Shown here: positions 1 through 11,048 of the stretch, one piece after another
How the letters are laid out: each line of letters opens with the position of its first letter
Numbering within the stretch: the stretch's first letter is position 1
DNA from: Eledone cirrhosa
Lineage: Eukaryota
Assembly: GCA_964016885.1 (NCBI GenBank)
Contig: OZ024743.1
Span: 238,390,001-238,454,000 of the forward strand
Length of the DNA stretch: 64,000 bases
Reading direction: 5' to 3'
Notes under the pieces: generated by a model
What the model saw: only the letters and a program-made list of their open reading frames with translations
Database searches by the model: none
Told to the model about the DNA's origin: nothing
Program-made: the position numbers and the translations under genes

Positions 1-1410
1 ATGGATCTTAATGAGGATCTCGAGGAAGGGGAGTTGTTGATGGCTATATTCCATCGTGAAGTTAATATTTGTGTTGAGCCCATTTATAAGGGTGTGAAAT
101 TCTTTAAGTTTTTCGATGTTTTCGTGCCAAAGGATGAAGCAGTCATCTAGATATCGCTTCCAGTTCCTTTCAATGTGTAAGTGGAGGGTGTTTCCAAATT
201 TGTTTAGGACTTTAGTGTAGAGGGTGATTTCCAGGTATCCCATGACTAGGTTGGCATAAGTAGGGGCTGTTTTCGTTCCCATAGCGGTCCCAGATTTCTG
301 CCTGTAGGGTTTGTTATTGAAAACGAAGTAATTGTTCTCCAAGATAAATTTGAGTCCCTCTATCACGAATTCTTTTTTGATGCGTTGTGGGAGTTCATTG
401 TGGAAATTATCCAGCCAGAATTGGATAGCTTCTATTCCTAGGTTGTGGGGGATGTTGGAGTATAGGTTGACTACATCGAACGTCACTAGTAGGGTTTGTT
501 CAGAAAGTGGCATATTAGGGAGGTGATTGAGCATATCTAGGTCGTCCCTTATATAGCTTTTGATGTGCTTGAGGAAGGGTTTGAGAAGGGTATCAATGCA
601 GTTGCTAAGACGGTGCGTTTCGCAAGCGGAGCCTGCTATTATAGGTCTTAATTTGAGATCATTGGGTGAGCGGACATTGATGACTATGTCTGTGGCTTCC
701 TTGCATGCCTTACTGATTGATTCGCTTTTATGTACTTTAGGGATACCGTAGAAAAGGCTGGATTTACTTGTGAAGTCTGTGATGAAGCTGAATTCCTTGT
801 TAGTGAGTCCTTCTTTGTATTGGTTGATTAGAGTTTTTAGGTTTCTCATAATTTTCTGTTGATTGTAGTGTTCAGCCTTTTCGTAGTATGTTTCGTTTTC
901 CAAAGTGGAGAGCGCTAAGTTGATATAGAATTCTGTCTCCATTAGGACTACTGTACTCCCTTTATCAGCCTCTTTAATTGTAATGGTTCTGTCGGTTTTT
1001 AATCTATTTAATTCTTCCCATTCTTTCTTGTTGAGGTTTGGCTTGTGTTTTTGTCTGTGCAAGTGTTGGTAAGGGAAGTTTGTGATGTGTTCACAGAATT
1101 CGTCCAGAATTTTATTTCTACCTTTTGAAGGGGTGTAATTGCTTCTATTTCTGGCTAATGATTCATCCTCATTGTACTGGTCGAATAGTTGTTCATTAAG
1201 TCGTAACTTTCTACAGAAGTCTGTGATGTCTTCCTTCATTTCATAGTAGTTAGGACGTAGTGGGGTCGGTGTGAATTTAAGACCTTTGGAGAGTAAGTTG
1301 ATAAGGTTGGGTGTTGGTTCTGCACTAGTAAGATTGATAATTTTTATTACTATCGGTTTCTCCTCCCTGTCTTGTGTTATTTTGTTTGCCTGTATCTGTG
1401 TGCTGTGTCT
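1..1410 (-). CDS. Penelope-like element reverse transcriptase ORF (runs off the window edge; not in the ORF track)
   Basis: Manual translation is stop-free from 1410 to 1: IINLT..LSKGLKFTPTP, IKEADKG, FYGIPKVHK, LRPII, FDVVNLYSNIP, GTAMGTKTAPTYANL, WKRYLDDCF, LPFLE. These are PLE RT motifs. Confidence 0.93.
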
Positions 1411-1740
1411 AAAAAATGGTTGGGGTAGAGGGGTTGTCTGCTGATGTTAAGTGGTCTCCTGTGTTTGTTATATTCCTTGTTGTTGTAAAATGTGGTTCGG
1501 GTTGGTGGTTGTAGATTGAATGGGGTGTTCCTGTACTGCGAGTATGGGTGTGTGTTTCTATGTGCCATGTTGTATTGTGGTGTTATAAGTGGCCTACGTT
1601 GCTGGTTGTATCATGTGGTGTGGGTTTGTTGTGTATTGTGGAAGTGAGAGTTGAGAAAATGGTAATTACCTTGCTGTCCCCTTGAAGCGGGGAAGTTGTT
1701 GCATCTATCATGGCGGTGGTATCTTTTCCCTATGTTTGGA
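1377..1740 (-). pseudogene. Upstream ORF of the PLE (N/H/R/P-rich), overlapping the RT frame at a TTTTTTA slippery site
   Basis: Track ORF 1377-1568 extends upstream in frame to the fold-back junction near 1740 with one TGA. It ends ...NHFLDTAHRYRQTK*, with T TTT TTA at 1416-1410. Confidence 0.6.
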
Positions 1741-1789
1741 TAGTGTAGTTTTAAATCAACATATCTGTTGATTTAAAACTACACTATCC
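1738..1789. repeat. Perfect hairpin at the PLE inversion junction
   Basis: ggatagtgtagttttaaatcaaca-tatc-tgttgatttaaaactacactatcc (24-bp arms). Confidence 0.9.
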
Positions 1790-1813
1790 ACAAGTGTTTT
1801 TTAACCTTCATAT

Positions 1814-1899
1814 CATGTCTTCCTGTTTTATCTGATGAAAACACAAATATTATTGCATGATGATATTTGTTTTTGAAATGCGCATAATAAAATACATGG
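1814..1899 (+). ncRNA. Minimal type I hammerhead ribozyme in an inverted PLE pseudo-LTR
   Basis: ttttat-CTGATGA(1832)-stem II aaacacaaatatta/tgatatttgttttt-GAAA(1875)-t gcgc a-TA-ataaaa; distal catgt/acatg pairing. Confidence 0.8.
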
Positions 1900-2020
1900 A
1901 ACTCTTTTAACCATCTTTTGTTCTTATATATTATGTATACTCCAGTCCTACAAACTGTAGAGTGCTTCTTATCCGATATCTGCATTGCTTTATTGTACTA
2001 CAATAAAACTCACCTCCTAC

Positions 2021-2650
<630 letters not shown>

Positions 2651-2732
2651 CTCTAGGTAAAACACAGGGATACAAATACACAAAAGTGTTTGTCTCGATA
2701 TATATATAGTATTACATTATATTATATTGTAT

Positions 2733-2950
2733 TTGTGCCTTTCATCCTTACGGGGTCGATAAAATAAAGTACCAGTAATGCATTGGGCAATTGCTGGTCT
2801 TGTGCCTAAAGTAGAAACAATAATATTATATTATATTAGATCATATTATATCAAGGTGGCCAACAACGTCGGATAGAATGCTTTGTGGTGTACGATCTAG
2901 TTCTCGAAACTTTCATTTCAAAACCTACTGACGCAAACTTGGTCTTTCAT
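2733..2950 (+). mobile_element. Fragments of tRNA-derived SINE family 1
   Basis: tgcctttcatccttacggggtcgataaaataaagtaccag core shared with many copies in the window. Confidence 0.75.
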
Positions 2951-3450
2951 CGATAAAAAGTGGAAGCTTAGTAAAATCGAAGCTTTGGCTGCGGCCAAGC
3001 AAAATCGACCTACAATTAGGAATGAGTAGCAAAGTACTCAATAAGGTAGGCCCTCAGAATAATAACATACCTTTAGATAGCTTGACAAATTGAAAATTGC
3101 GGCAGGCAAAACCCAGCCATACAATACCAAAACAAAGAAAAAACTAATCAGGTTAGACAACATATATATATATAAATGGAAATATAAATAAGAATGAAAC
3201 GAAATTTCATTTCTCACTCTTAGTACGGCTGATACCTAAATATAAGTATTTATACGTACATACATATATGTTTACAGACGTACAGTAGTATTTATATATA
3301 TATATACATACATGCACACATATATATATGTACGTATGGGTTTACCGAACATTTATTATAATGTTCGGTTTGTTTGTAAACAAACAGCCCGAATTACACC
3401 GTACAGTGCTCGGCAACCATCGTCGCCCTTTTGTTCAACACTGACACAGA

Positions 3451-3493
3451 ACGATGTACTAGTTTCAAGCTTATTAGCTATCGTCAGCATCGT
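3451..3493 (-). ncRNA. Minimal type I hammerhead ribozyme
   Basis: Minus strand: acgatg-CTGACGA-t agct aata agct t-GAAA-ctag-TA-catcgt. A related, decayed copy lies at 37986-38028. Confidence 0.72.
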
Positions 3494-3645
3494 ATACCTA
3501 TCTGTCAGATGATTGAACGTTTGAAAGTATATACTATCCTTATGCATATTAACAGCATATATATATGTGTGCATGTATGTATATATATATATACATACTA
3601 CTGTACGTCTGTACACATATATGTATGTACGTGTAAATACTTATA

Positions 3646-3710
<65 letters not shown>

Positions 3711-3711
3711 C

Positions 3712-4478
3712 AATAAAGTTAGTCCTTCATCAGTGATCTTCCAACCATCATTGGTATTTCATCGCTTTAAAGACCATATACCTCTGGTTGGTGCGAGCAA
3801 CGGCTAAAAAAAGTCGTTGGGACACGTAAATAAAGGGAACACGAGTGTAAACAAACAAAAATGGTGAAGCAACGAAAAGTGAGGAAGAAGGAGTCAAGTC
3901 CCAAATTTCTATGAATTTAAATTCGGTGAAATCGTGAACGAGAGAGAATAAAGACCATCAAGCCTGGTTGGAATGTAAGCAAGGAAGGAATTCCGTACAG
4001 GTCTAACGGGAGGAAGAAGGGATCTAGTCTGTGATTTCGGTGAACGTAAGTTCTGTGAAATCGTAGAGGAGAGAGAGAAAAAAAGCGACCTGCCAGACCA
4101 AGGGTGCGAAAGAAAAGAATTACGCACAGGTCAAACGGGAAGAAGGAGGAGGAGGAGAGGTAGTAACAGAGAATGAGTGAGTGAAGGGTGAGGAAGAGGC
4201 TAACAGAGAGAGTGACTGCTAGAGAGGGTAAAGATACAGAGAAAGAGGAAGCAGTAAGAACGAAATAGACGTGTAACAGCGGAGAAAAAATATGTGTAAA
4301 TATGAGAAAAACGTGCTGCGGGGTTGCTAATGGGTTACATATGAATAAAGTTAGTCCTTCATCAGTGATCTTCCAACCATCATTGGTATTTCATCTCTTT
4401 AAAGACCATATACCTCCGGTTGGTGCGAGCAAGGGCTAAAAAAAGTCGTTGGGACACGTAAATAAAGGGAACACAAGT
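3712..4478. repeat. Two 135-bp direct repeats (3712-3846, 4344-4478) flanking a purine-rich interior
   Basis: aataaagttagtccttcatcagtgatc...gggaacac repeated with few mismatches; both ends abut (TA)n. Confidence 0.85.
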
Positions 4479-4667
4479 ATATATATATATATGTGTGCGT
4501 GTGTGTGTGTTGGGTTGAAATCAAAGTTCCTGCACATTTTTGTATATCGTTGTTAATAAAAGTCATGCGGAAACTTTATTTCAAACCCAATCTGTCACTC
4601 TCTTTCTTTCTCTCTCTCTCTTTCTCTCTCTCTCTCACTCTCTCCCCCTCTCTCTCACACACTCACC

Positions 4668-4757
<90 letters not shown>

Positions 4758-5127
4758 CGTTTACGTATATAGTTTAAAAGGTAGCTGGGTTTGTGATACT
4801 GTCATTCTGATCAGCAGACCCTGATGCAATAACAAAAGTACTCGACGTTATATGTATCTTGTGTGTGGTACAGGAACGAAATAAAATACTTCAATTAAAA
4901 CATGAATAGAATAGGCTTGATTCCCAAAACTTCCTTCATTGTTCCATAATTACAAAATATGTGTTTCTGTGGCTGATTTACGTCATCACACATTGACGCA
5001 AAACTATCGGTGACGCCATCAGATAGTATGAATATAATACATTTAGTTAAGTAATCTTTACTGGCGTGAACTCAGTTTCATTTGAATTCTCGACCGCAGA
5101 ATGTGGATATATTATAATAATAATAAT

Positions 5128-5187
<60 letters not shown>

Positions 5188-5191
<4 letters not shown>

Positions 5192-6774
5192 GCGCCAAAG
5201 CAACGTTCACCAGAGGAAAGCTGCTGAAGAGTTCAGACATTAATCTTGATCGGGGGAACGTGATAAGAGAACTTGATCAAGAAAAAACTTACAAATATCT
5301 AGGTGTTTGTGAAGGAGACGGAATCAAGCACTCGACAATGAGGGAAAGGATAAGGAAGGAATGTTACCGCAGAGTCAGAGCAATCTTAAGAACGGAATTG
5401 AATGCAAGGAATAGGATCGATGCCATAAACACGCTTGCCATACCAGTAGTAACCTACAGTTACAATGTCATCAACTGGTCAAGCACAGAGATCCGTAAGC
5501 TCGATACAAAAATTCGAAAATTCTTAACCATGCACAGAATGCATCACCCTAAGGCAGATATAGATAGAATATATCTCCCTAGGAAAGAAGGAGGACGTGG
5601 GTTAATCCAGCTAGACATTGCGTTGAAAACTGCAACAATTGGATTACCTACATATCTAAGGGAATCACATGATTGGATGATCAAACTCGTTTTGAAACAC
5701 GAAAGCATCAAAAGATCATATTCCATTACAAAAGATGCACAAATATACAGTAATGGACTACAAATTTCAGAAGTCCCATTTACTGCTGAAATGGAAAACA
5801 CAGAAAAAGCAAAGCAGGTAAAAGTAACTGCAAAGAAAGAACTGCTACAGAAACTGGCTAAGAAATGGCAAGAAAAGCCTCTGTATGGAAAATACCCAGA
5901 GCGAGCTAACAATCCTGATGTTGACAAAACTTTAACCCATCAGTGGTTGGCATCCTCTGGACTGAAATCGGAGACTGAAGGACTGATTATATCGGCACAA
6001 GATCAGTGTCTGCCAACAAAAAATTACCAAGCCAACATAATCAAAAATGGGTGCAGCCCATTATGCTGTGTATGCAAAAAACAACCAGAGACCATTGACC
6101 ATATAATTTCAATGTGCAGTCCTATAGCTCCAACCGAATACCTAAACAGGCATGACAGAGCTGCACAATACATACATTGGATAATGTGTAAGCATTTTGA
6201 CCTTCCCCATCAAAAGAATTGGTGGGAACATCAGCCACCTCCCATACTTGAAAAAGATCACATCTCAATCTTGTGGAACTTTAGCATCCAAACAGACCGA
6301 AACATAGATGCAAACAGACCTGATATAATATTGAAAGACTTTCAAAAGAGGGTATGCCTGCTAATTGATATGTCTGTTCCAATAGACAAGAATGTATCTA
6401 TAAAAACATTTGAAAAATTGAGCAAGTATAAGGACCTGGAGATAGAAATTGGAAAAATGTGGAAATTGAGAACTAAAACAATACCAGTGGTTGTAGGCGC
6501 TCTGGGAATGATACCTAAGGGGTCTAATGATTACTTATCGCAAATCCCAGGAAACCCGCGTATAGGAGAAATACAAAAGATAGTACTAATGGGAACTGCC
6601 CATATACTAAGGAAGATTCTGTCAATATAAGTACATCACAAGTCTAAACACTAAAGATGCATGTGTGAATATGTATGTTCTTTCTTGAACATGGCGGACC
6701 TTGTTGTCTCTTGAGGTCACTTGTTGTGACTTGGTGATAACTCGTATGAACATAAAGCAAGATAAATGCAACTG
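5188..6774 (+). mobile_element. R4/Dong-type RLE non-LTR retrotransposon, family A, 5'-truncated
   Basis: YKYLG, DRIYLPRKEGGRGL, C-x2-C..ETIDHIISMC, RHD, RPDII..LIDMSVP..EKLSKYKDL (RLE nuclease). Flanked by (AAT)n; 3' UTR matches 16484-16623. Confidence 0.92.
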
Positions 6775-6790
6775 TAATAATAATAATAAT

Positions 6791-9250
6791 ATGTTCGACA
6801 ACAACCAGAAGATGCTGTTTGGACAGCTTGAGGGGAAAGAAAGAGGCAACGACTTGATCCCCGAGGCGGAACAAACTAAAACATTCTGGAGAGGAATATG
6901 GGAGCAGGATGTTAGACATAATGACCAGGCAGGGTGGATTGAGACAGTACAGAGGGAGATCGGTGAGCAGGCACACCAACAAACTGATTTGAGTATCACA
7001 GTTGAAACTCTTAAGGGGCAGGCCAAAAAACTAACCAACTGGAAATCACCAGGCCCAGATGGTGTGCAGGGGTATTGGATTAAAAATATAACATCCCTCC
7101 ACCCGAAACTGACAACCATGTTCAATGACTGCTTGATGTCAGGTGAGGTACCAGAGTGGTTGACAAAAGGTACCACAGTTCTGATAATGAAAGACCGAAT
7201 CAAGGGTAATGATGTTACCAACTATAGACCTATCACATGTCTGTCCGTAATGTGGAAACTGTTGACGAGCATTGTGTCTGAGGAAATCTACCATCACCTC
7301 CACACAAACAACTTGTTACAGGACGAACAGAAAGGATGCCGAAAGAAATCACGTGGTACAAAGGACCAGTTACTTATTGATAAGATGGTAATGGGGAATT
7401 GCAGGAGGAGACACACTGATCTTGCCATGGGATGGATAGACTACAGAAAGGCATTTGACATGGTGCCTCATTCTTGGATCACCAAAAGCCTGGAGATCTT
7501 CAAGGTGGCAGATAACACCAGACAGTTGTTGGGCAAGAGTATGAGGTCCTGGGAAACAGAGTTGACATCAACTGGAGAATCCTTGGGAAGCGTGAAGATC
7601 AAGAGTGGTATCTTCCAGGGAGATAGCCTGTCCCCTCTGTTGTTTGTCCTTGCCCTGATGCCCCTGACCAGTGTACTGCGAAAAGTGAGAGCAGGATACG
7701 AGTTGGGAAAGGGAGGGCTTACCATCAATCACCTCCTCTTGGACGATCTTAAGCTCTTCGGGAAGAGTGAGAAGGAGTTGGATGTGCTTGTTGACACTGT
7801 CCGTATTTTCAGCAGTGATATATGTATGCAGTTTGGTATTATTAAGTGTGGAGTCATTGTGATGAGGAGGGGTAGGTTGAGCAGAAGTAACGGAATCCAG
7901 ATACCAACAGGTGAGATGATAAAGGAAATTGACTCTGAGGAAGGATACAAGTATTTGGGCGTTCTGGAGGCTGATGGCATAAAGAACAAAAAAATAAAGG
8001 AATTGTTAAGAACTGAATACATTCGGAGAGCAAGGAGCGTATTGAAGTCACATCTGAACAGCAGAAATGCCATAAGCGCAGTAAATTCCCGAGCTGTGTC
8101 TATTATTAGGTACAGTGCGGGAATTCTGAGATGGAATGTTGCTGAACAAAAAGAAATGGATAGGAAGACTAGGAAGCTATTGACTATCTACAACATGTTC
8201 CACAAGAGGAGTGATGTCGATAGACTCTACCTAAGGAGATCTGAGGGTGGAAGAGGTCTTATCAGCATAGAGGACTGTGTTCAGATGGAGAAAAACAACC
8301 TAAATAAATACGTGACTGATAGTAAGGAGCCAATGCTCAGAACTGTACTGAAGGAGGGGACAATAGGCCAGGGGATGTCCAAGGAGGAAATAACATCAAG
8401 GAGAAAGAGCAGCCTTCAGGAAAAATCCCTTCATAGTACCTTCTTTGAGAAAACTGAATTTAGAGATCCACAGACATGGAACTGGTTGAGAAGAGGAGAC
8501 CTTAAAAAGGCTACAGAAGGAATGTTTATGGCTGCGCAGGAGCAGGCCCTCAAAACGAAGTGGTTGAAACACCATATTTACAAGGAGGAGGCTAGCCCAC
8601 TGTGCAGGATCTGTGGAGAGAGAGAGGAGACTGTGGCTCACATTGTATCCGAGTGTAAACACCTAGCCCAGACCCACTATAAGGGCTGGAGACATGATGT
8701 GATGGGCAGGGTGATCCACTGGCACCTGTGCAAAGTAAACAATTTACCACATTCTGAGAAATGGTATGAGCATAAGCCAGAGGCGGTGATAGAAAACGAT
8801 CAGGTGAAGGTGCTGTGCGATTTTAGGATACAGACGGACAAGAAACTGGAACACAATAGACCTGACCTGGTGGTTTTGGACAAAGAAAAAAGATCGTGCC
8901 TGATTGTGGATGTGGCCTGCCCATTCGACACGAGAGTGCAAGAGAAGGAGAGGTAGAAAATTAACCGATACCAGGACTTAAAGTGGGAGGTAAAAAGGAT
9001 TTGGAACTGCCATGAAGTCAAAGTGATCCCGATTGTCATAGGCGCACTGGGAACTATCTCCAAAAGCTTCCAGGGATTGTTAAAGAAAATCGGCCCCTTC
9101 ACGCTTTTTGGAATGCTTCAAAAGGCATGCTTGCAGGGAACAGCAAGAACACTCTGATACGTCCTGAATATCTGAGGCTGCAGGTAGTGGCTTGATATTC
9201 ATTCCAACGGACTTTCCAGTTAACTAACATCAATGACTGAGATTCAAGGA
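6791..9250 (+). mobile_element. R4/Dong-type family B, 5'-truncated, inactivated
   Basis: RT, CCHC and RLE domains; FMDD reduced to LLDD by a 3-bp deletion; premature TAG at 8954; (AAT)n on both sides. Confidence 0.92.
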
Positions 9251-9302
<52 letters not shown>

Positions 9303-9451
9303 GGGAAGAAGACGCACGAGGTGACGGAGGTCATGAAATCGCTCCCGTAAGTTTTGAATTTTTAACATATTTAAACCATTTGTGAAATAACAACTCTTAG
9401 CACAAATGCTACGTAAAGCACCCGGCTTGAGCCCCCAAAAATTAGGACCCA

Positions 9452-10743
9452 AAATATATTGTTATAAGGGTCAAATATTCAAATATTCAACTTTGTATTG
9501 TACACTGTATATCCCCCCCAAAAATGGCTATAAATGGAAGAAGAACCCCTCCCCTCCTCTCCTCTGGCTACACTATATAGGACAGCTAAACTCACCAACA
9601 CCAGAAACTAGATACACCCCCCACCCCATCATATGTGTACACTAAACACAACAGCCAGATAACGACACATTTTCACCTTCACCGCCACCGCTCACTACGG
9701 CCATCATTACCACCACTATCCCATCACCGCCGCCACCACCCCTTGACTCCGCTACAGCACCATCACTACAGTAATACGGTCTCATCACCGCCACCACTGC
9801 CTCGGTATCGACATCACCACCACCACTGTCTCAGTATCGCTAACGCCGCCAGTCTCCCACTTCCCTGCTGGCTGCTACTCCCACATTATAGAATTCCTAC
9901 TACTAACAAAGAGGAAGGCATCAAAATATATAGATAGACCCAAAAGAAAAAAAGAAAAAACAAACAACAAAACCAAAGCAGCACAGCAACAACAGCAAAA
10001 AACGAGAAAAACAAACAGAGAAAAACAAAAACAAAAAAAAAGAAACCCCAAAAACGTAAAGAAAATATATTGTTATAAGGCTCAAAACGTAAAGAAAATA
10101 TATTGTTATAAGGCTCAAAACGTAAAGAAAATATATTGTTATAAGGCTCAAATATTCAAATATTCAACTTTGTATTGTACACTGTATATCCCCCCCCAAA
10201 AAAAATGGCTATAAATGGAAGAAGAACCCCTCCCCTCCTCTCCTCTGGCTACACTATATAGGACAGCTAAACTCACCAACACCAGAAACTAGATACACCA
10301 CCCACCCCATCATCTGTGTACACTAAACACAACAGCCAGATAACGACACATTTTCACCTTCACCGCCACCGCTCACTACGGCCATCATTACCACCACTAT
10401 CCCAGCACCGCCGCCACCACCCCTTGACTCCGCTACAGCTCCATCACTACAGTAATACGGTCACATCACCGCCACCACTGCCTCGGTATCGACATCACCA
10501 CCACCACTGTCTCAGTATCGCTAACGCCGCCAGTCTCCCACTTCCCTGCTGGCTGCTACTTCCACATTATAGAATTCCTACTACTAACAAAGAGGAAGGC
10601 ATCAAAATATATAGATAGACCCAAAAGAAAAAAGAAAAAACAAACAACAAAACCAAAGCAGCACAGCAACAACAGCAAAAAACGAGAAAAACAAACAGAG
10701 AAAAACAAAAACAAAAAAAAGAAACCCCAAAAACGTAAAGAAA
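9452..10743 (+). repeat. Tandem duplication (period 681 bp) with three 33-bp junction repeats at 10051-10149
   Basis: Near-identical ORFs at 9635 and 10316; aaaacgtaaagaaaatatattgttataaggctc x3. Confidence 0.92.
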
Positions 10744-11048
10744 ATAAGAATGAAGAGAGAAGCAGGCGGACGGACAGAGAAGAGGGGGGAAAAAGTAAAA
10801 CTTAAAAAACTAAAACTAAGTCAGACATTCGAACACTACATTACAATGAAACTTATGCTTATTCATTTCTGGGGCCCTTTCTGCCTGTGTGTTTGTTTGT
10901 TTATGTGTGTTCGTATACAGCGTGGTGATAATGCCACACAAGGGCCAAGTGGGATGGCGGATCCACAGATGGCTATGTAAACATACATTCGCCAATCCTC
11001 GATAAGAGTGTTTAAATATCGAACATAAACAGTTCGAATAACGGTGAA

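Noticed and set aside
5101-5187. Poly-Asn N-terminus of the 509-aa ORF, and the 6701-6790 start of the 751-aa ORF
   Set aside because: Chance read-through from (AAT)n or a neighbouring 3' UTR into 5'-truncated elements.
9635-9937. His/Pro-rich 100-aa ORF duplicated at 10316
   Set aside because: Low-complexity CAC-rich UTR sequence; the duplication explains the repeat, and the frame is not evident in the 18100 homologue.
10051-10149. 33-bp repeats superficially CRISPR-like
   Set aside because: Head-to-tail with no spacers; eukaryotic context; no cas genes.
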